From: Candidatus Aenigmatarchaeota archaeon
GTDB lineage: Archaea; Aenigmatarchaeota; Aenigmatarchaeia; QMZP01; JAFGSV01
Reading direction: 5' to 3'
Assembly (NCBI GenBank): GCA_016931255.1
Contig: JAFGFG010000005.1
Coordinates: 7,053 to 71,052 of the forward strand
Length of the DNA stretch: 64,000 bases
The translations under genes and the position numbers were made by a program. The notes under the pieces were generated by a model. The model ran no database searches, was not told the DNA's origin, and saw nothing but the letters and a program-made list of their open reading frames with translations. Within the stretch, counting starts at the first letter, position 1; each line of letters starts with the position of its first letter. This document shows, in pieces, positions 29,691 through 39,234 of the stretch.

Positions 29691-30735
29691 CTTCCTGAAC
29701 AATCGACATAATCCTTTTCTCGAATTCCGGCCAGTCCCTGAGCGGCACGACTGCCCCTGCAGCCTTCACATGGCCTCCGCCCGAGCCTATTCCCTTCACA
29801 GCCTTCTTGAGAATGTCGTTCAGGCTTATGTCACCCTTCTGGCAGCGCGCAGAGACCTTCATCATGTTGCCGCTCTTCTTGATTACGAATATAAGCTTTT
29901 CCGGATTCATGTCCGCCAGCCTTGTGGATATGGTCGATGCAATGCTCAGCTGGCTGTCAATCCTGTAGAATATCATGTCAAGGTTCGGGAATTCAACAGC
30001 CTTCTCCCTGAAACCGGACATCTTTGACTTTATCTCCCCTTCAACCTTATCGAAGCATCCGCTGAAGTAGCGGTTATCAGCAGCGTCTTCCCATTTCTCT
30101 ATTCCCCTCATGTATCCCACGCTCTTCTCAGCGCCGTTCACTCCGTCCTTTACCACAGTTGCCATAATCTGCTTCGCAAGCAGGCTGAGCTTCGAATCAT
30201 CGCCTTTTCCTGTTTCAGGGTACTTCTTTTCAGCTTCCCTGAGGATGTAAGCGCAGTCATCGAATGCATGGTCCCCGATAACGCTCACTGCCGCAATCCA
30301 AAGGTATGGAGACACATCCTTACCCATCTCCTTCATCAGTTCATAGACGATGACACCGGCGGGTATGTAGTCCTTGCTGTCGAATCTTGGGTTTATGTGT
30401 ACAGTATTCGGAGAGTTCATGTCCTTCTCCGCTATATGATGGTCTATGATTACCATCTTCAGCTCCGGCATGACTTTCTGAAGGTCTTCAAGTTTATTAG
30501 CTTCCTGGTCCAGCGGAAGGTCCAGCATTACCATGACATCAGGCTTCTTGTTCTTGAGATGTCTTACAAGCCTGTCATTCAGCATAGGCCCTTCAAGAGG
30601 GTATGTCTCAAACTCCGGGTAGAACTTCAGGAATATGGAGACAGCGCTTATGCCGTCCGTATCAGTATGATAGAACACTATCTTTTTCTCCCCGCTCCCA
30701 AGAAAACCGGGAAGCCTGTCTGTATGCGTTTTCAT
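29671..30735 (-). CDS. DHH-family phosphoesterase (DHH-DHHA1; NrnA/RecJ-like)
   Basis: HTDTDGISA, MLDLP and IIDHH motifs. C-terminal DHHA1 GGGH (GIGSGGGHVKAAG). Confidence 0.7.
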   Translation of the reverse strand: MKTHTDRLPGFLGSGEKKIVFYHTDTDGISAVSIFLKFYPEFETYPLEGPMLNDRLVRHLKNKKPDVMVMLDLPLDQEANKLEDLQKVMPELKMVIIDHHIAEKDMNSPNTVHINPRFDSKDYIPAGVIVYELMKEMGKDVSPYLWIAAVSVIGDHAFDDCAYILREAEKKYPETGKGDDSKLSLLAKQIMATVVKDGVNGAEKSVGYMRGIEKWEDAADNRYFSGCFDKVEGEIKSKMSGFREKAVEFPNLDMIFYRIDSQLSIASTISTRLADMNPEKLIFVIKKSGNMMKVSARCQKGDISLNDILKKAVKGIGSGGGHVKAAGAVVPLRDWPEFEKRIMSIVQEARSSSA

Positions 30736-30774
30736 CTTGTTAATTGTATTGCGGCTTAAAAATGGGCAGCGGTC

Positions 30775-31089
30775 TTACGCTTGTTTAAAAACATATTCCA
30801 CTGTATTCAAAAAACGCGTCTGGTGTGGCTGTATGGAATCTTCCGGACTTACGGCATTGCGGAGTTCGGAGGAATATCTCGAGAATATCGTTTCCCATGA
30901 AACATTATCTCCATGCTCGTATCTTTCAAGGAACTCGTTTACTGTCTCATTCCTTATGTCGAAACCGCAGTCGTACACGTTTTCTATGTATCTGAGAAGT
31001 TCGTGATTGGGATTTACTGATTCAAGTTCTGTGTATCTTCTGCTCACAAGTGCTATTGCAGTATTCTGGTCGATTGCCAGACCATCCAT
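30775..31089 (-). CDS. hypothetical protein
   Basis: 104-aa ORF with balanced composition. No recognisable family. Confidence 0.35.
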   Translation of the reverse strand: MDGLAIDQNTAIALVSRRYTELESVNPNHELLRYIENVYDCGFDIRNETVNEFLERYEHGDNVSWETIFSRYSSELRNAVSPEDSIQPHQTRFLNTVEYVFKQA

Positions 31090-31113
31090 TAATGATATTG
31101 CAGAAGATGTTTT

Positions 31114-33957
31114 TTAAGCCTTACTGAAGTCGAAAACCATCTCAGCCTTCTCAAACATGACCGAGCCCTTTCCGTCGCCTTTGACTTCGCCGAAATGAAC
31201 TGCTTTCCCACCGACTCCGAGAAGAAGCTCATTCTCCTGCTTCCTGAGAATTTCCATGGTTTTCTTGTCAGAAGAAATCCACAATTCAATCTTGTCGTGA
31301 ACCATAAGCTTCTCCGTCTTTCTGGCTATCTGCACGTTCCTGCAGAATTCCCTGAGAAGCGCCTCGTCCATGAGCACTTCCCCGAGTGCGAGCGTGCCCT
31401 TCGGGAATTCCCTGCCTTTTGCCGGCTTTCTGGTGACAACAGATACATTCTTGACATTTGCCATCTCTTTTATGACACCACTGAAGTTCCTGATGGCTGT
31501 AGCACCATCCTTGTCTGTCTTGACTATCAGTTCCCTGAGCGGCCACCTGAGCTTTATTGACTTTTCGTGCCTGAGGGCATTCGATGACTCAACGAGGTCC
31601 TTGACTATGTCCATGCCGTCCTCAAGTTCTGTATTCATCAGCTTCCTGTCAGGCTGAGGCCACAGCTGAAGGTGAACGGATTCCTTTCCATAAAGGTCCT
31701 TGTATACGTGGTCTGCCACATACGGCGTTATAGGAGCCATTATCTTCAGCAGGTTCTCCAGAACATAGTTGAGCGTGTATACAGCAGCGTCCTTGTCCTT
31801 TCCGGTGTACCACGGATTGACCCTGTTGCGGATTATCTTTATGTAATTCCTTGAGAAGTCCTCGAGTATGAATTCCCTTATTCCCTGAACGAGCCTGTGC
31901 ATCTCAAACCCTTTGACTTCATCCTGTTTCGCGGAGAGGCTGTTTATCCTGCTTATTATCCACTTGTCCTCGGCATTCAGCGCAGGCTTTTTGGCAACTT
32001 TCCTGTCAGCGTACATCTTTATGAAAGAGTATGTGTTCCAGAAGACTGTGAACATTCTTGTTGTCTCCTTTATGTCGTTCCAGCTGAAGTAGAAGTCATT
32101 CCACAGCGGGCTTGAAAGCAGGTAGAATCTGAGCGCGTCCCTTCCATGCTTGTTAAGTATCTCATCAGGGTCTATGAAATTTCCCTTGGACTTCGAGAGC
32201 TTTATACCTTTCACATCCATCACGAATCCGTGCATCATGACATTTTTGAATGGTGTCTTGCCGAATGTCAGGACGCTTGTTATCATCTGGCTGTTCCACC
32301 AGCCCCTGAACTGGTCGGGGCCTTCTGTCTGGAATGATGAAGGCCACATGCTCTCGAAAAGCTCCTTCTTTCTCGGGTATTCGAGGGATGCCCATGTGCA
32401 CACACCTGAATCGAACCATACATCAAGGACATCCGGAACCCTGCTTACGGATTTTCCGCAGTCCGGACATTTCAGCTTAACATCATCTATCGCAGGCCTG
32501 TGGAAGTCTATTTCCTTCTTCAGGCCGCCTTTATTCTTAAGCTCTTTGTACGAGCCTATGACCTGTATGTTGCCGCAGCCGCATTCCCATATCGGCAGCG
32601 GGATGCCCCAGTATCTTTGCCTTGATATTGGCCAGTCGCCGAGGTTCTCAAGCCAGTCGTTGAAGCGGTCGCCTGCCCATTTAGGCATCCATTTGACTTT
32701 CCTGTTCTCGCTGAGCAGTGTGTTCCTGGCAGCTGTCACCCTGAAGAACCACTGGTCAACACCGACCTGCAGGAGCGGAGCACTGTCCCTCCAGCATATG
32801 GGGTAATCGTGTGTATAAGGGTGCTTGTATACGAGCATGTCATCATTCTGGAGGTCTTCTATTATCTCGGCATCGACAACCCTTGCCTTTTTTCCTGCGT
32901 ATTTGCCGGTTTCAGGTCCGAGCTTTCCGCTGACATCAACAGGGCATACTGCCGGAAGCCCCTGCTTTGTGCCCTCGTCGAAGTCCTCCTTGCCGTGTCC
33001 GGGGGCTGTATGGACAAGTCCTGTGCCGTCTTCAAGATGCACATACCTGTCTGAGAGAATGACCCTGTGAGCATCCTTCATCCTGGGCATCTTCATATGT
33101 TTTTCCAGAGGCGCATCGTACCTGATGCCCTCCAGTTCCTTACCCGGGAATGTCCTGACAAGCTTATAGCCCGCCTCTATGGCTTCCATGATGGGCTGTA
33201 TCCTTTCTTCCGCGATTATCCATGTCTCGCCGTTGCTCATCTCCACTTCCGCGTATTTGAACTTCGGATGAACCATCACGCCGGTGTTTCCGGGAAGCGT
33301 CCATGGGGTTGTGGTCCATATAATCAGGAACTTCTTCCTGTCATCTTTCAGCCGGAATTTAACATAAACAGCGCTGTCTGTCTGCTTGGTGTACTCTATT
33401 TCGTTGTATGCGACAACTGTTTCGCATCTGGGGCATACGTGCACGGGATACTTGCCCTTGTAAAGGTAACCGTTTTCAAAGGATTTCTTGAATGTATGCC
33501 ATGCGCCTTCTATGTACTGGTTGTCAAGCGTCAGGTAAGGCCTTTTCCAGTCCATCCAGACACCCAGATTGGAGAACTGGTCATTCATCACGCCTATGTA
33601 CTTCGTGGCGAATTCACGGCACTTTTTGATGAATTTGTCTATTCCATAGTCCTCTATATCCTTCTTGGATGAGAACCCAAGGTTCTTTTCGACCTTTGTC
33701 TCTATCGGCGTCCCGTGCGTATCATACCCAGGCTGGTCCCACACGTTTTCCCCAAGCATCCTGTGGAACCTGAGGAAAGAGTCCTTGATTATCTTGTTCC
33801 ATGCGGTTCCCATGTGTATCGAACCCGTTGCGTACGGCGGCCCGTCTATGAAGTAGAAGCGCTTGCCTTTTGCCCTTGCCTTTCTGAGCTTCTCGTATGT
33901 TCCGTCCTTCTTCCAGAAGTCTGTTATTTCATTTTCTATATCCGCAAAGCTGTACAT
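31114..33957 (-). CDS. ileS: isoleucyl-tRNA synthetase (class I, Ile/Val/Leu family; best fit IleRS)
   Basis: GPPYATGSIHMGTAWNKIIKD parallels the E. coli IleRS HIGH region [21 protein letters not shown]. KMSKS-type KLSKSKGN. Editing-domain insert and Cys clusters CGCGN and CPDCG. 947 aa. The HIGH motif reads HMGT rather than HxGH. Confidence 0.75.
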   Translation of the reverse strand: MYSFADIENEITDFWKKDGTYEKLRKARAKGKRFYFIDGPPYATGSIHMGTAWNKIIKDSFLRFHRMLGENVWDQPGYDTHGTPIETKVEKNLGFSSKKDIEDYGIDKFIKKCREFATKYIGVMNDQFSNLGVWMDWKRPYLTLDNQYIEGAWHTFKKSFENGYLYKGKYPVHVCPRCETVVAYNEIEYTKQTDSAVYVKFRLKDDRKKFLIIWTTTPWTLPGNTGVMVHPKFKYAEVEMSNGETWIIAEERIQPIMEAIEAGYKLVRTFPGKELEGIRYDAPLEKHMKMPRMKDAHRVILSDRYVHLEDGTGLVHTAPGHGKEDFDEGTKQGLPAVCPVDVSGKLGPETGKYAGKKARVVDAEIIEDLQNDDMLVYKHPYTHDYPICWRDSAPLLQVGVDQWFFRVTAARNTLLSENRKVKWMPKWAGDRFNDWLENLGDWPISRQRYWGIPLPIWECGCGNIQVIGSYKELKNKGGLKKEIDFHRPAIDDVKLKCPDCGKSVSRVPDVLDVWFDSGVCTWASLEYPRKKELFESMWPSSFQTEGPDQFRGWWNSQMITSVLTFGKTPFKNVMMHGFVMDVKGIKLSKSKGNFIDPDEILNKHGRDALRFYLLSSPLWNDFYFSWNDIKETTRMFTVFWNTYSFIKMYADRKVAKKPALNAEDKWIISRINSLSAKQDEVKGFEMHRLVQGIREFILEDFSRNYIKIIRNRVNPWYTGKDKDAAVYTLNYVLENLLKIMAPITPYVADHVYKDLYGKESVHLQLWPQPDRKLMNTELEDGMDIVKDLVESSNALRHEKSIKLRWPLRELIVKTDKDGATAIRNFSGVIKEMANVKNVSVVTRKPAKGREFPKGTLALGEVLMDEALLREFCRNVQIARKTEKLMVHDKIELWISSDKKTMEILRKQENELLLGVGGKAVHFGEVKGDGKGSVMFEKAEMVFDFSKA

Positions 33958-33960
33958 CGC

Positions 33961-35520
33961 CTAACCACCATTCTTAAGTAAATAATAATTGTAGCCTTTT
34001 ATTAAAGCGTCCCTGCTGGCTTTTATTATATCGTCAGAAGCACCGGAAGTTGACCACGACTTGTCTCCTGCCCTGAATTCTATGAAGACCTCGACTATTG
34101 CTGCAGTGGCCTTGTCCTGGTTTATTATCCTCACCCTGTAATTTGTGAGCTTCAGGTTGTCCACGCTGAATTTCTTGGAGAGGGCTTTTCTAAGAGCCAC
34201 GTCAAGTGAATGGACCGGCCCCACGCCTTCCGCTATCTCATGGAAAGTGTCATTCCCTACTGACACCTTCACCTCGGTCTTTGCCACACCCTTAGAGGAT
34301 ACGGCAGTCTCGTAGCTGACAAGGCTGAATGCGTCTTTTTTCCGGTTTATCTTCTCTGAAAGCATGAGGAACAGCTCAGCATCGGTCGTGACTTCTCCCC
34401 TGTTCATGACTTCCATCATTTCAATAATAAGTGGGTCGTTTTTCCCAAGGCTGTAGCCGTGTCTTCCCGCAGCGTCCACGATGCCTGATCTTCCTGACTG
34501 CTCTGATAGGCTGAACAGCCTGCTGTTTCCGACATCGTCCGGATTCATGTGCTCGTAAGCCCTGGAATTCTTGAGCATCGCATCTATATGCACGCCTCCT
34601 TTATGGCTGAATGCATTGGCTCCTATGAAAGGCTTGTTCTTCGCCAGGCTGAATCCTGTCATCCGGACAATGTATCTGGATAGGCTGAAAAGCTTTTTCA
34701 TGTCAATGTCAAGTTTCATCCCGAGCTTGATGCCTGTCAATGGGAGGAACTCGCACCAGTCCATGTTACCGCACCTTTCTCCGAGCCCGTTCATGGTTCC
34801 CTGAACATGGAATGCGCTGTTACGCATCGCAGAGAGCGTATTCATAACAGCCATGCCTGTGTCATTATGCATGTGCACGCCGATTTCACTGGAAACTGCT
34901 TTGCTTACTGCGCATGATATCTTTTCGATTTCCCATGGCATCGACCCCCCGTTGGTGTCGCAGAGGACCAGGGCTTCAGCTGATTTGGCGGCATCCAGGA
35001 CTTTGAGCGCGTAATCCGGATTCGCCTTGTATCCGTCGAAGAAATGCTCCGCATCAAAGAACACCCTGAAATCATGCGATTTGAGATACTCTATCGTATC
35101 GCTGACCATCCTGAGGTTTTTGTCTGGCGACATCCTCAGTACATCCTTGACATGTAGGTCCCATGACTTCCCGAATACTGTTATTACATCGGCTTCCGTC
35201 TTCAGAAGGTCGTCTATTTTCTTGTCCTTTCCAGGACTGGGACTTGTCATTCCGAATACAGCGGATTTAGCCTTCAGTCCCATGCCCTTGACATTTTCGA
35301 AATATTTCTTGTCCCTGGGATTGGATGAAGGCCATCCGGCTTCTATATAATCAAAACCAAAATCAGAAAGCTTACCGCTTATTGACAGCTTGTCATCAAG
35401 GCTGAATTTAAGGCCATGCGTCTGGGCACCGTCCCTGAGCGTGGTATCATAAAGAATCAGTTTTTTCGCATTTTTTGGGCTGATAAAATCTGTTACTTCA
35501 TTCCAGGATCCGGCATTCAC
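33961..35520 (-). CDS. 2-isopropylmalate synthase / (R)-citramalate synthase family (LeuA/CimA)
   Basis: HMGL-like TIM barrel (DTTLRDGAQT, HxH motif VHMHNDTGMAV) plus a C-terminal LeuA-type regulatory domain. 519 aa. Confidence 0.8.
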   Translation of the reverse strand: MNAGSWNEVTDFISPKNAKKLILYDTTLRDGAQTHGLKFSLDDKLSISGKLSDFGFDYIEAGWPSSNPRDKKYFENVKGMGLKAKSAVFGMTSPSPGKDKKIDDLLKTEADVITVFGKSWDLHVKDVLRMSPDKNLRMVSDTIEYLKSHDFRVFFDAEHFFDGYKANPDYALKVLDAAKSAEALVLCDTNGGSMPWEIEKISCAVSKAVSSEIGVHMHNDTGMAVMNTLSAMRNSAFHVQGTMNGLGERCGNMDWCEFLPLTGIKLGMKLDIDMKKLFSLSRYIVRMTGFSLAKNKPFIGANAFSHKGGVHIDAMLKNSRAYEHMNPDDVGNSRLFSLSEQSGRSGIVDAAGRHGYSLGKNDPLIIEMMEVMNRGEVTTDAELFLMLSEKINRKKDAFSLVSYETAVSSKGVAKTEVKVSVGNDTFHEIAEGVGPVHSLDVALRKALSKKFSVDNLKLTNYRVRIINQDKATAAIVEVFIEFRAGDKSWSTSGASDDIIKASRDALIKGYNYYLLKNGG

Positions 35521-35573
35521 CCTTCATATCAGCACCTAAACTAGTTATGTGGACATTCATTTAAAAATAAAAA

Positions 35574-35836
35574 GCGCCGAGGGCAGGATTTCCAGAACCG
35601 CGCGGAAGCGTACTTTCCGCGAACGCTTTAGCGTGTTTACCTTCGCTAAAGGGCTCATTTGAACCTGCACGTCCGTAAGGACACCAGATATCTCGTCATT
35701 TCCGCCGCCCTTCGTAAGAAGGATTGATCGGAGTCAAGCCATACAATCATCTCCGGAGCCTTACGGTCCGGATCTTTATATCTGGTTTCAAGTCTGGCGC
35801 ATTAGCCAGGTTCTGCCACCTCGGCATGTGTCTTTA
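35574..35836 (+). ncRNA. structured ncRNA candidate (SRP RNA or RNase P RNA-like), class unresolved
   Basis: GC-rich 340-nt ORF-free gap in a moderate-GC genome. The 5' gccgagg/cagaacc pairs with the 3' ggttctg/cctcggc (long terminal helix). Internal hairpins include cgcggaa/ttccgcg and ctttagcg/cgctaaag. Two GNRA-type GUAA tetraloop hairpins (gtcc-GUAA-ggac, ccttc-GUAA-gaagg) are on the plus strand. Partial resemblance to RNase P CR-I/CR-V (AAAGGGCUCA ... ACA..GGAGCCUUACGG). Confidence 0.4.
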
Positions 35837-35861
35837 TTTGCAGCTTTTTATTTAAAAAGGG

Positions 35862-36068
35862 TTACAGCTTGTCTGTATGCACGAAACCCGCTTTCCTGGC
35901 CTTATCAAGCTTCCATGTGTCTTCTATCAGCATATCCGGGACATTCCCGTCAAGAACAGGATACGCAAGCCCGCACCTGCTGCATGTTATGAACATGTTC
36001 TCTTCTTTCACGTTGCCTTTGCATTTCGGGCATGCAAGCACGTTTTTCAGATGTTCTGAAATTGCCAT
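35862..36068 (-). CDS. Trm112/YcaR-like zinc-ribbon protein
   Basis: 68 aa. LACPKCKG ... CSRCGLAYPVLDGNVPDML matches the Trm112 family pattern. Confidence 0.6.
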   Translation of the reverse strand: MAISEHLKNVLACPKCKGNVKEENMFITCSRCGLAYPVLDGNVPDMLIEDTWKLDKARKAGFVHTDKL

Positions 36069-36097
36069 AAATACCTTTAGGCTGTTTAATATAAAAA

Positions 36098-36922
36098 TTA
36101 CAGGAACACGCGGTCAGTCCTTGCCACAGTGTCGCCGTTCTTGATGTATCTCGCAAGGCAGACGAGTTTCCCTTCCTCGCTGAAAACCGTTATGCAGCTT
36201 CCTTCCTCGACGTTGCCTGACGCTCCTGTTATGTCATCTTTTCTGACAGGCGCGCCGTTCATTATCTTGCTTACCGAATCGTTCTTTATGGTGAGCGAGG
36301 GAATTTTCAGCCTTCTCAGAGCATCCTCAATCGGTATCAGAAGGCCTCTGAGTTTGTCCTCGGGCATATCTTTTAGAGAGTCAGGAGAGACGCTGTGCTC
36401 TGTGCTGAAGGGCCCGACCTTCGTTCTCCTAAGCTCAGACAGGTGGGCTCCTGTTCCCATCTTCTCCCCCGCGTCATGCGCTATCTTCCGCATGTAGGTC
36501 CCGGCTTCGCATAATACCCTGAACCGGACATTTCGCTCATTCTTGTCGATGAGCTCTATCTCGAATACCTCTCTTACCCTTTCTTTTCTGGCCACAGCAG
36601 ACCTGACAGGCGGCATCTGGGTTATCTTTCCCTGAAATTCGTTGAGCGCTTTCTCCACGGTTTCCTTCCCGACATCTTCGTGTATGCTCATGGTTCCGAT
36701 ATATTCCTTGTGCATTCCCGTGAGAACAGACATGGCTTTTCTGGCTTCTCCGAGGGCTATCACCATAAGCCCCGTTGCATTGGGGTCCAGAGTGCCCGTA
36801 TGCCCGGCCTTTTTGACATCCAGCGCTTTTGATACAGCCTCGACTATGTCGAATGATGTCGGCCCCTTGGGCTTGTCTATCAGTATGACAGACCTGTTAA
36901 GAAGCTCATGCAAATCCTTCAT
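36098..36922 (-). CDS. tRNA/rRNA pseudouridine synthase, TruB/Cbf5 family with PUA domain
   Basis: Catalytic motif KAGHTGTLDP. C-terminal PUA-like region. 274 aa. Confidence 0.75.
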   Translation of the reverse strand: MKDLHELLNRSVILIDKPKGPTSFDIVEAVSKALDVKKAGHTGTLDPNATGLMVIALGEARKAMSVLTGMHKEYIGTMSIHEDVGKETVEKALNEFQGKITQMPPVRSAVARKERVREVFEIELIDKNERNVRFRVLCEAGTYMRKIAHDAGEKMGTGAHLSELRRTKVGPFSTEHSVSPDSLKDMPEDKLRGLLIPIEDALRRLKIPSLTIKNDSVSKIMNGAPVRKDDITGASGNVEEGSCITVFSEEGKLVCLARYIKNGDTVARTDRVFL

Positions 36923-36996
36923 AATCTTATTGCGGAAACATCGGTTAAAAGCCTTACATGGCTTTCAGTTTTTAACAAGCTTTCCAAATTAGATAT

Positions 36997-37788
36997 ATGG
37001 AAGTCCAGAGCTTCGAAAGGGAAATTGAAAGGACATGCAGGAAATGCTTCACCATATATGATTTCACGCGCGACTACTGCTGCGCAAAGAGCAAGGATGA
37101 ATGCTTCGCTGACATCGAGCTTGTCAAAAAGGGCATAGTCCAGGATGAGGCAACAGCCGAGAAGCTGTATATGAACAAGGCAATCGACTACAATGGAAGA
37201 CTGGTGAAGAAGTCGTTCTTCCGGGGCGCTCTCAGGAATGAGTGCCTTGTCTTCAAGTACAGGCCGCCTGGATGCAGGTCGCATTTCTGCTGGAGATGGA
37301 ACAAGTACATAGAGAAGAATCCAAGGGACTTCATTTACGCCAATCTCAATGTGACATCCCTTAACCGGTTCCTTAAGGAGCTTCATGATGAATACGTCTA
37401 CGGTGTCAGGCTGGCTTATCCCGGAGGCATCATAATATACACATACGACGAGAAGATAGCGACAGTAAGGAAGGCCATAGAGAAGCAGCTGGACTCCATG
37501 AAGATAAAGCACTTCAGGACGAATGCCCATCTCATGGAACCGGAAAAGAACGAGAAAGAGGGAGTTGAGATAATAGTCGACGACGAGGCAGTGATTGAGA
37601 AGACACGGGTGTTCAGCACTCTTTTGAAGAATAACATGTTCATGCTCGTGAGAATGAAGATGAACCTAGGCTCCACAGGGCACAATCATTCCAACATACT
37701 CATAACCAATGCTGACTTCAGCAAGCTGGCTGACGAGACCCCGGCGTCACTGAAGTCTTTCCACGCGCTAAAGGCATACCGGATATAG
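36997..37788 (+). CDS. hypothetical Cys-rich protein
   Basis: 263 aa. N-terminal CRKC...YCC...DEC and a later CRSHFCWRW cluster. No recognisable family. Confidence 0.45.
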   Translation: MEVQSFEREIERTCRKCFTIYDFTRDYCCAKSKDECFADIELVKKGIVQDEATAEKLYMNKAIDYNGRLVKKSFFRGALRNECLVFKYRPPGCRSHFCWRWNKYIEKNPRDFIYANLNVTSLNRFLKELHDEYVYGVRLAYPGGIIIYTYDEKIATVRKAIEKQLDSMKIKHFRTNAHLMEPEKNEKEGVEIIVDDEAVIEKTRVFSTLLKNNMFMLVRMKMNLGSTGHNHSNILITNADFSKLADETPASLKSFHALKAYRI

Positions 37789-37835
37789 AAACATATTTAA
37801 AAGGTGTGCGCAATGTAAATTAAGAAGTGATGTAA

Positions 37836-38012
37836 ATGCCAAAACACAAATTTGAAGAAGCTGAATCAAGGCTTTTTCACAGGATGTTCATATGCATGAA
37901 GTGCGGAGCCAGGAATCGTTCGGACCTTCTCAAGGTCAGGCTCGGCAAGGTCAAATGCAGGCAGTGCAAGGCAAAGCAGCTTAGGCCTAAGCACAAGGAC
38001 AGTAAGGCTTGA
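37836..38012 (+). CDS. rpl40e: 50S ribosomal protein L40e (not in ORF track)
   Basis: Hand translation gives MPKHKFEEAESRLFHRMFICMKCGARNRSDLLKVRLGKVKCRQCKAKQLRPKHKDSKA. This is the L40e pattern (ICMKCxARN ... CRxC...LRPK), 58 aa. Confidence 0.8.
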   Translation: MPKHKFEEAESRLFHRMFICMKCGARNRSDLLKVRLGKVKCRQCKAKQLRPKHKDSKA

Positions 38013-38021
38013 GGTTATTTC

Positions 38022-38897
38022 ATGTGGTCGTGGTTTGACATAATCAGACCCCTTAACTGTGCGTTATCAGCTTTCGGGGTAATCATAGGCGCATTTCTTG
38101 TCTCTCCTGTGTTAACGCCATCCCTGCTTCTCGCAGCTCTTGTGGTTTTTCTTCTGACAGGTGCCGGAAACACGGTCAACGACATAACGGACATAAGCTC
38201 TGACAGGATAAACCGTCCTGTAAGGCCGCTTCCGTCAGGAAGGGTTTCAAAGCGCAATGCGACGATATTCACAGCAGTGCTCTTCGTGTCAGGCATTCTT
38301 CTTTCATTGCTGCTGAACAACGTGCTGTGCTTTGCCATAGCTCTTCTCAACACACTGCTTCTGATAGCCTATTCAACGCATTTCCAGAACAAGGTCATCC
38401 TTGGAAATGTGGCTGTTGCGTACCTCGGGAGCTCGGTATTCCTTTTCGGGGGGGCTGCAGCCGGCAACATATCGCTTTCGCTTTTGCTGATGTCCCTGGC
38501 AGGGCTTGCGACATTCGCAAGGGAGATAGTCAAGGACCTCGAGGACCTTGAGGGTGACAGGCAGTCTTTCATAAAGAAGATGGCCTTCCGTGTCAAGGAA
38601 TCATTCGGCGACCGGTTTCGTGTCAGCAGGTCCGGCATAAAGCTCAGATACAAGACAATCTATGCGATACTCTTTGCATCTTTCAGCATATGGCTTGCAG
38701 TCGTGGCCTCGGTCATCCCGTATATCTGGGGCCTGCTCAGCGAAGCCTATGTTTTCCTTCTTGTCCCGACAGACGCCGTGCTCGTACTGTCATCGATAAT
38801 CCTGATAAGAAAAAGAAACTACCGCCTTGTCAGCAAGCTCCTCAAGGCAGGCATGTATCTGGGCATGGCTGCGTTCCTTGTCGGCGCAATTTTATGA
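38022..38897 (+). CDS. UbiA-family prenyltransferase, digeranylgeranylglyceryl phosphate (DGGGP) synthase-like
   Basis: Eight or nine predicted TM helices. First Asp-rich motif NTVNDITDISSDRINRP. A second Asp-rich region is downstream. 291 aa. Confidence 0.7.
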   Translation: MWSWFDIIRPLNCALSAFGVIIGAFLVSPVLTPSLLLAALVVFLLTGAGNTVNDITDISSDRINRPVRPLPSGRVSKRNATIFTAVLFVSGILLSLLLNNVLCFAIALLNTLLLIAYSTHFQNKVILGNVAVAYLGSSVFLFGGAAAGNISLSLLLMSLAGLATFAREIVKDLEDLEGDRQSFIKKMAFRVKESFGDRFRVSRSGIKLRYKTIYAILFASFSIWLAVVASVIPYIWGLLSEAYVFLLVPTDAVLVLSSIILIRKRNYRLVSKLLKAGMYLGMAAFLVGAIL

Positions 38898-38928
38898 AGT
38901 TATTTAAGGTGCTGGGTCAATTCAGATT

Positions 38929-39231
38929 ATGAGACAATTCAAGTACGTAACCAACAGGACACTCAGAAACAAAGCTGAAGAAGATAAGGGAAGGATAAAG
39001 GTTCTTGTCCCTCTGGATTCTGACACTGCTCAGGTAGACTACATATGCCCTGAATGCGGGCATTCGGAGCACACTGAGCAGGAATGGATAAGGCCTTTTA
39101 TCGTAAAGTGCTCCAATTGCAGCATATCCATGAAGATACCCAAGCTCAAGGAAGAAATAAAGAAAGAGAAAGACAGGGAAAAGCGAAAGGCAAAGCTTCT
39201 TGAGAAGAAGAATGCAAAGCAGAATCAGTAG
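38929..39231 (+). CDS. zinc-ribbon protein with lysine-rich C-terminal tail
   Basis: 100 aa. CPECG ... CSNCS zinc ribbon followed by a KKEKDREKRKAKLLEKK tail. Confidence 0.5.
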   Translation: MRQFKYVTNRTLRNKAEEDKGRIKVLVPLDSDTAQVDYICPECGHSEHTEQEWIRPFIVKCSNCSISMKIPKLKEEIKKEKDREKRKAKLLEKKNAKQNQ

Positions 39232-39234
39232 TCA

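Noticed and set aside
31114-33957. Degenerate HIGH motif in IleRS (HMGT instead of HxGH) as evidence of pseudogenisation
   Set aside because: The reading frame is intact over 947 aa with KMSKS and zinc motifs present. This is a single-residue variant that needs alignment to be confirmed, not a disruption.
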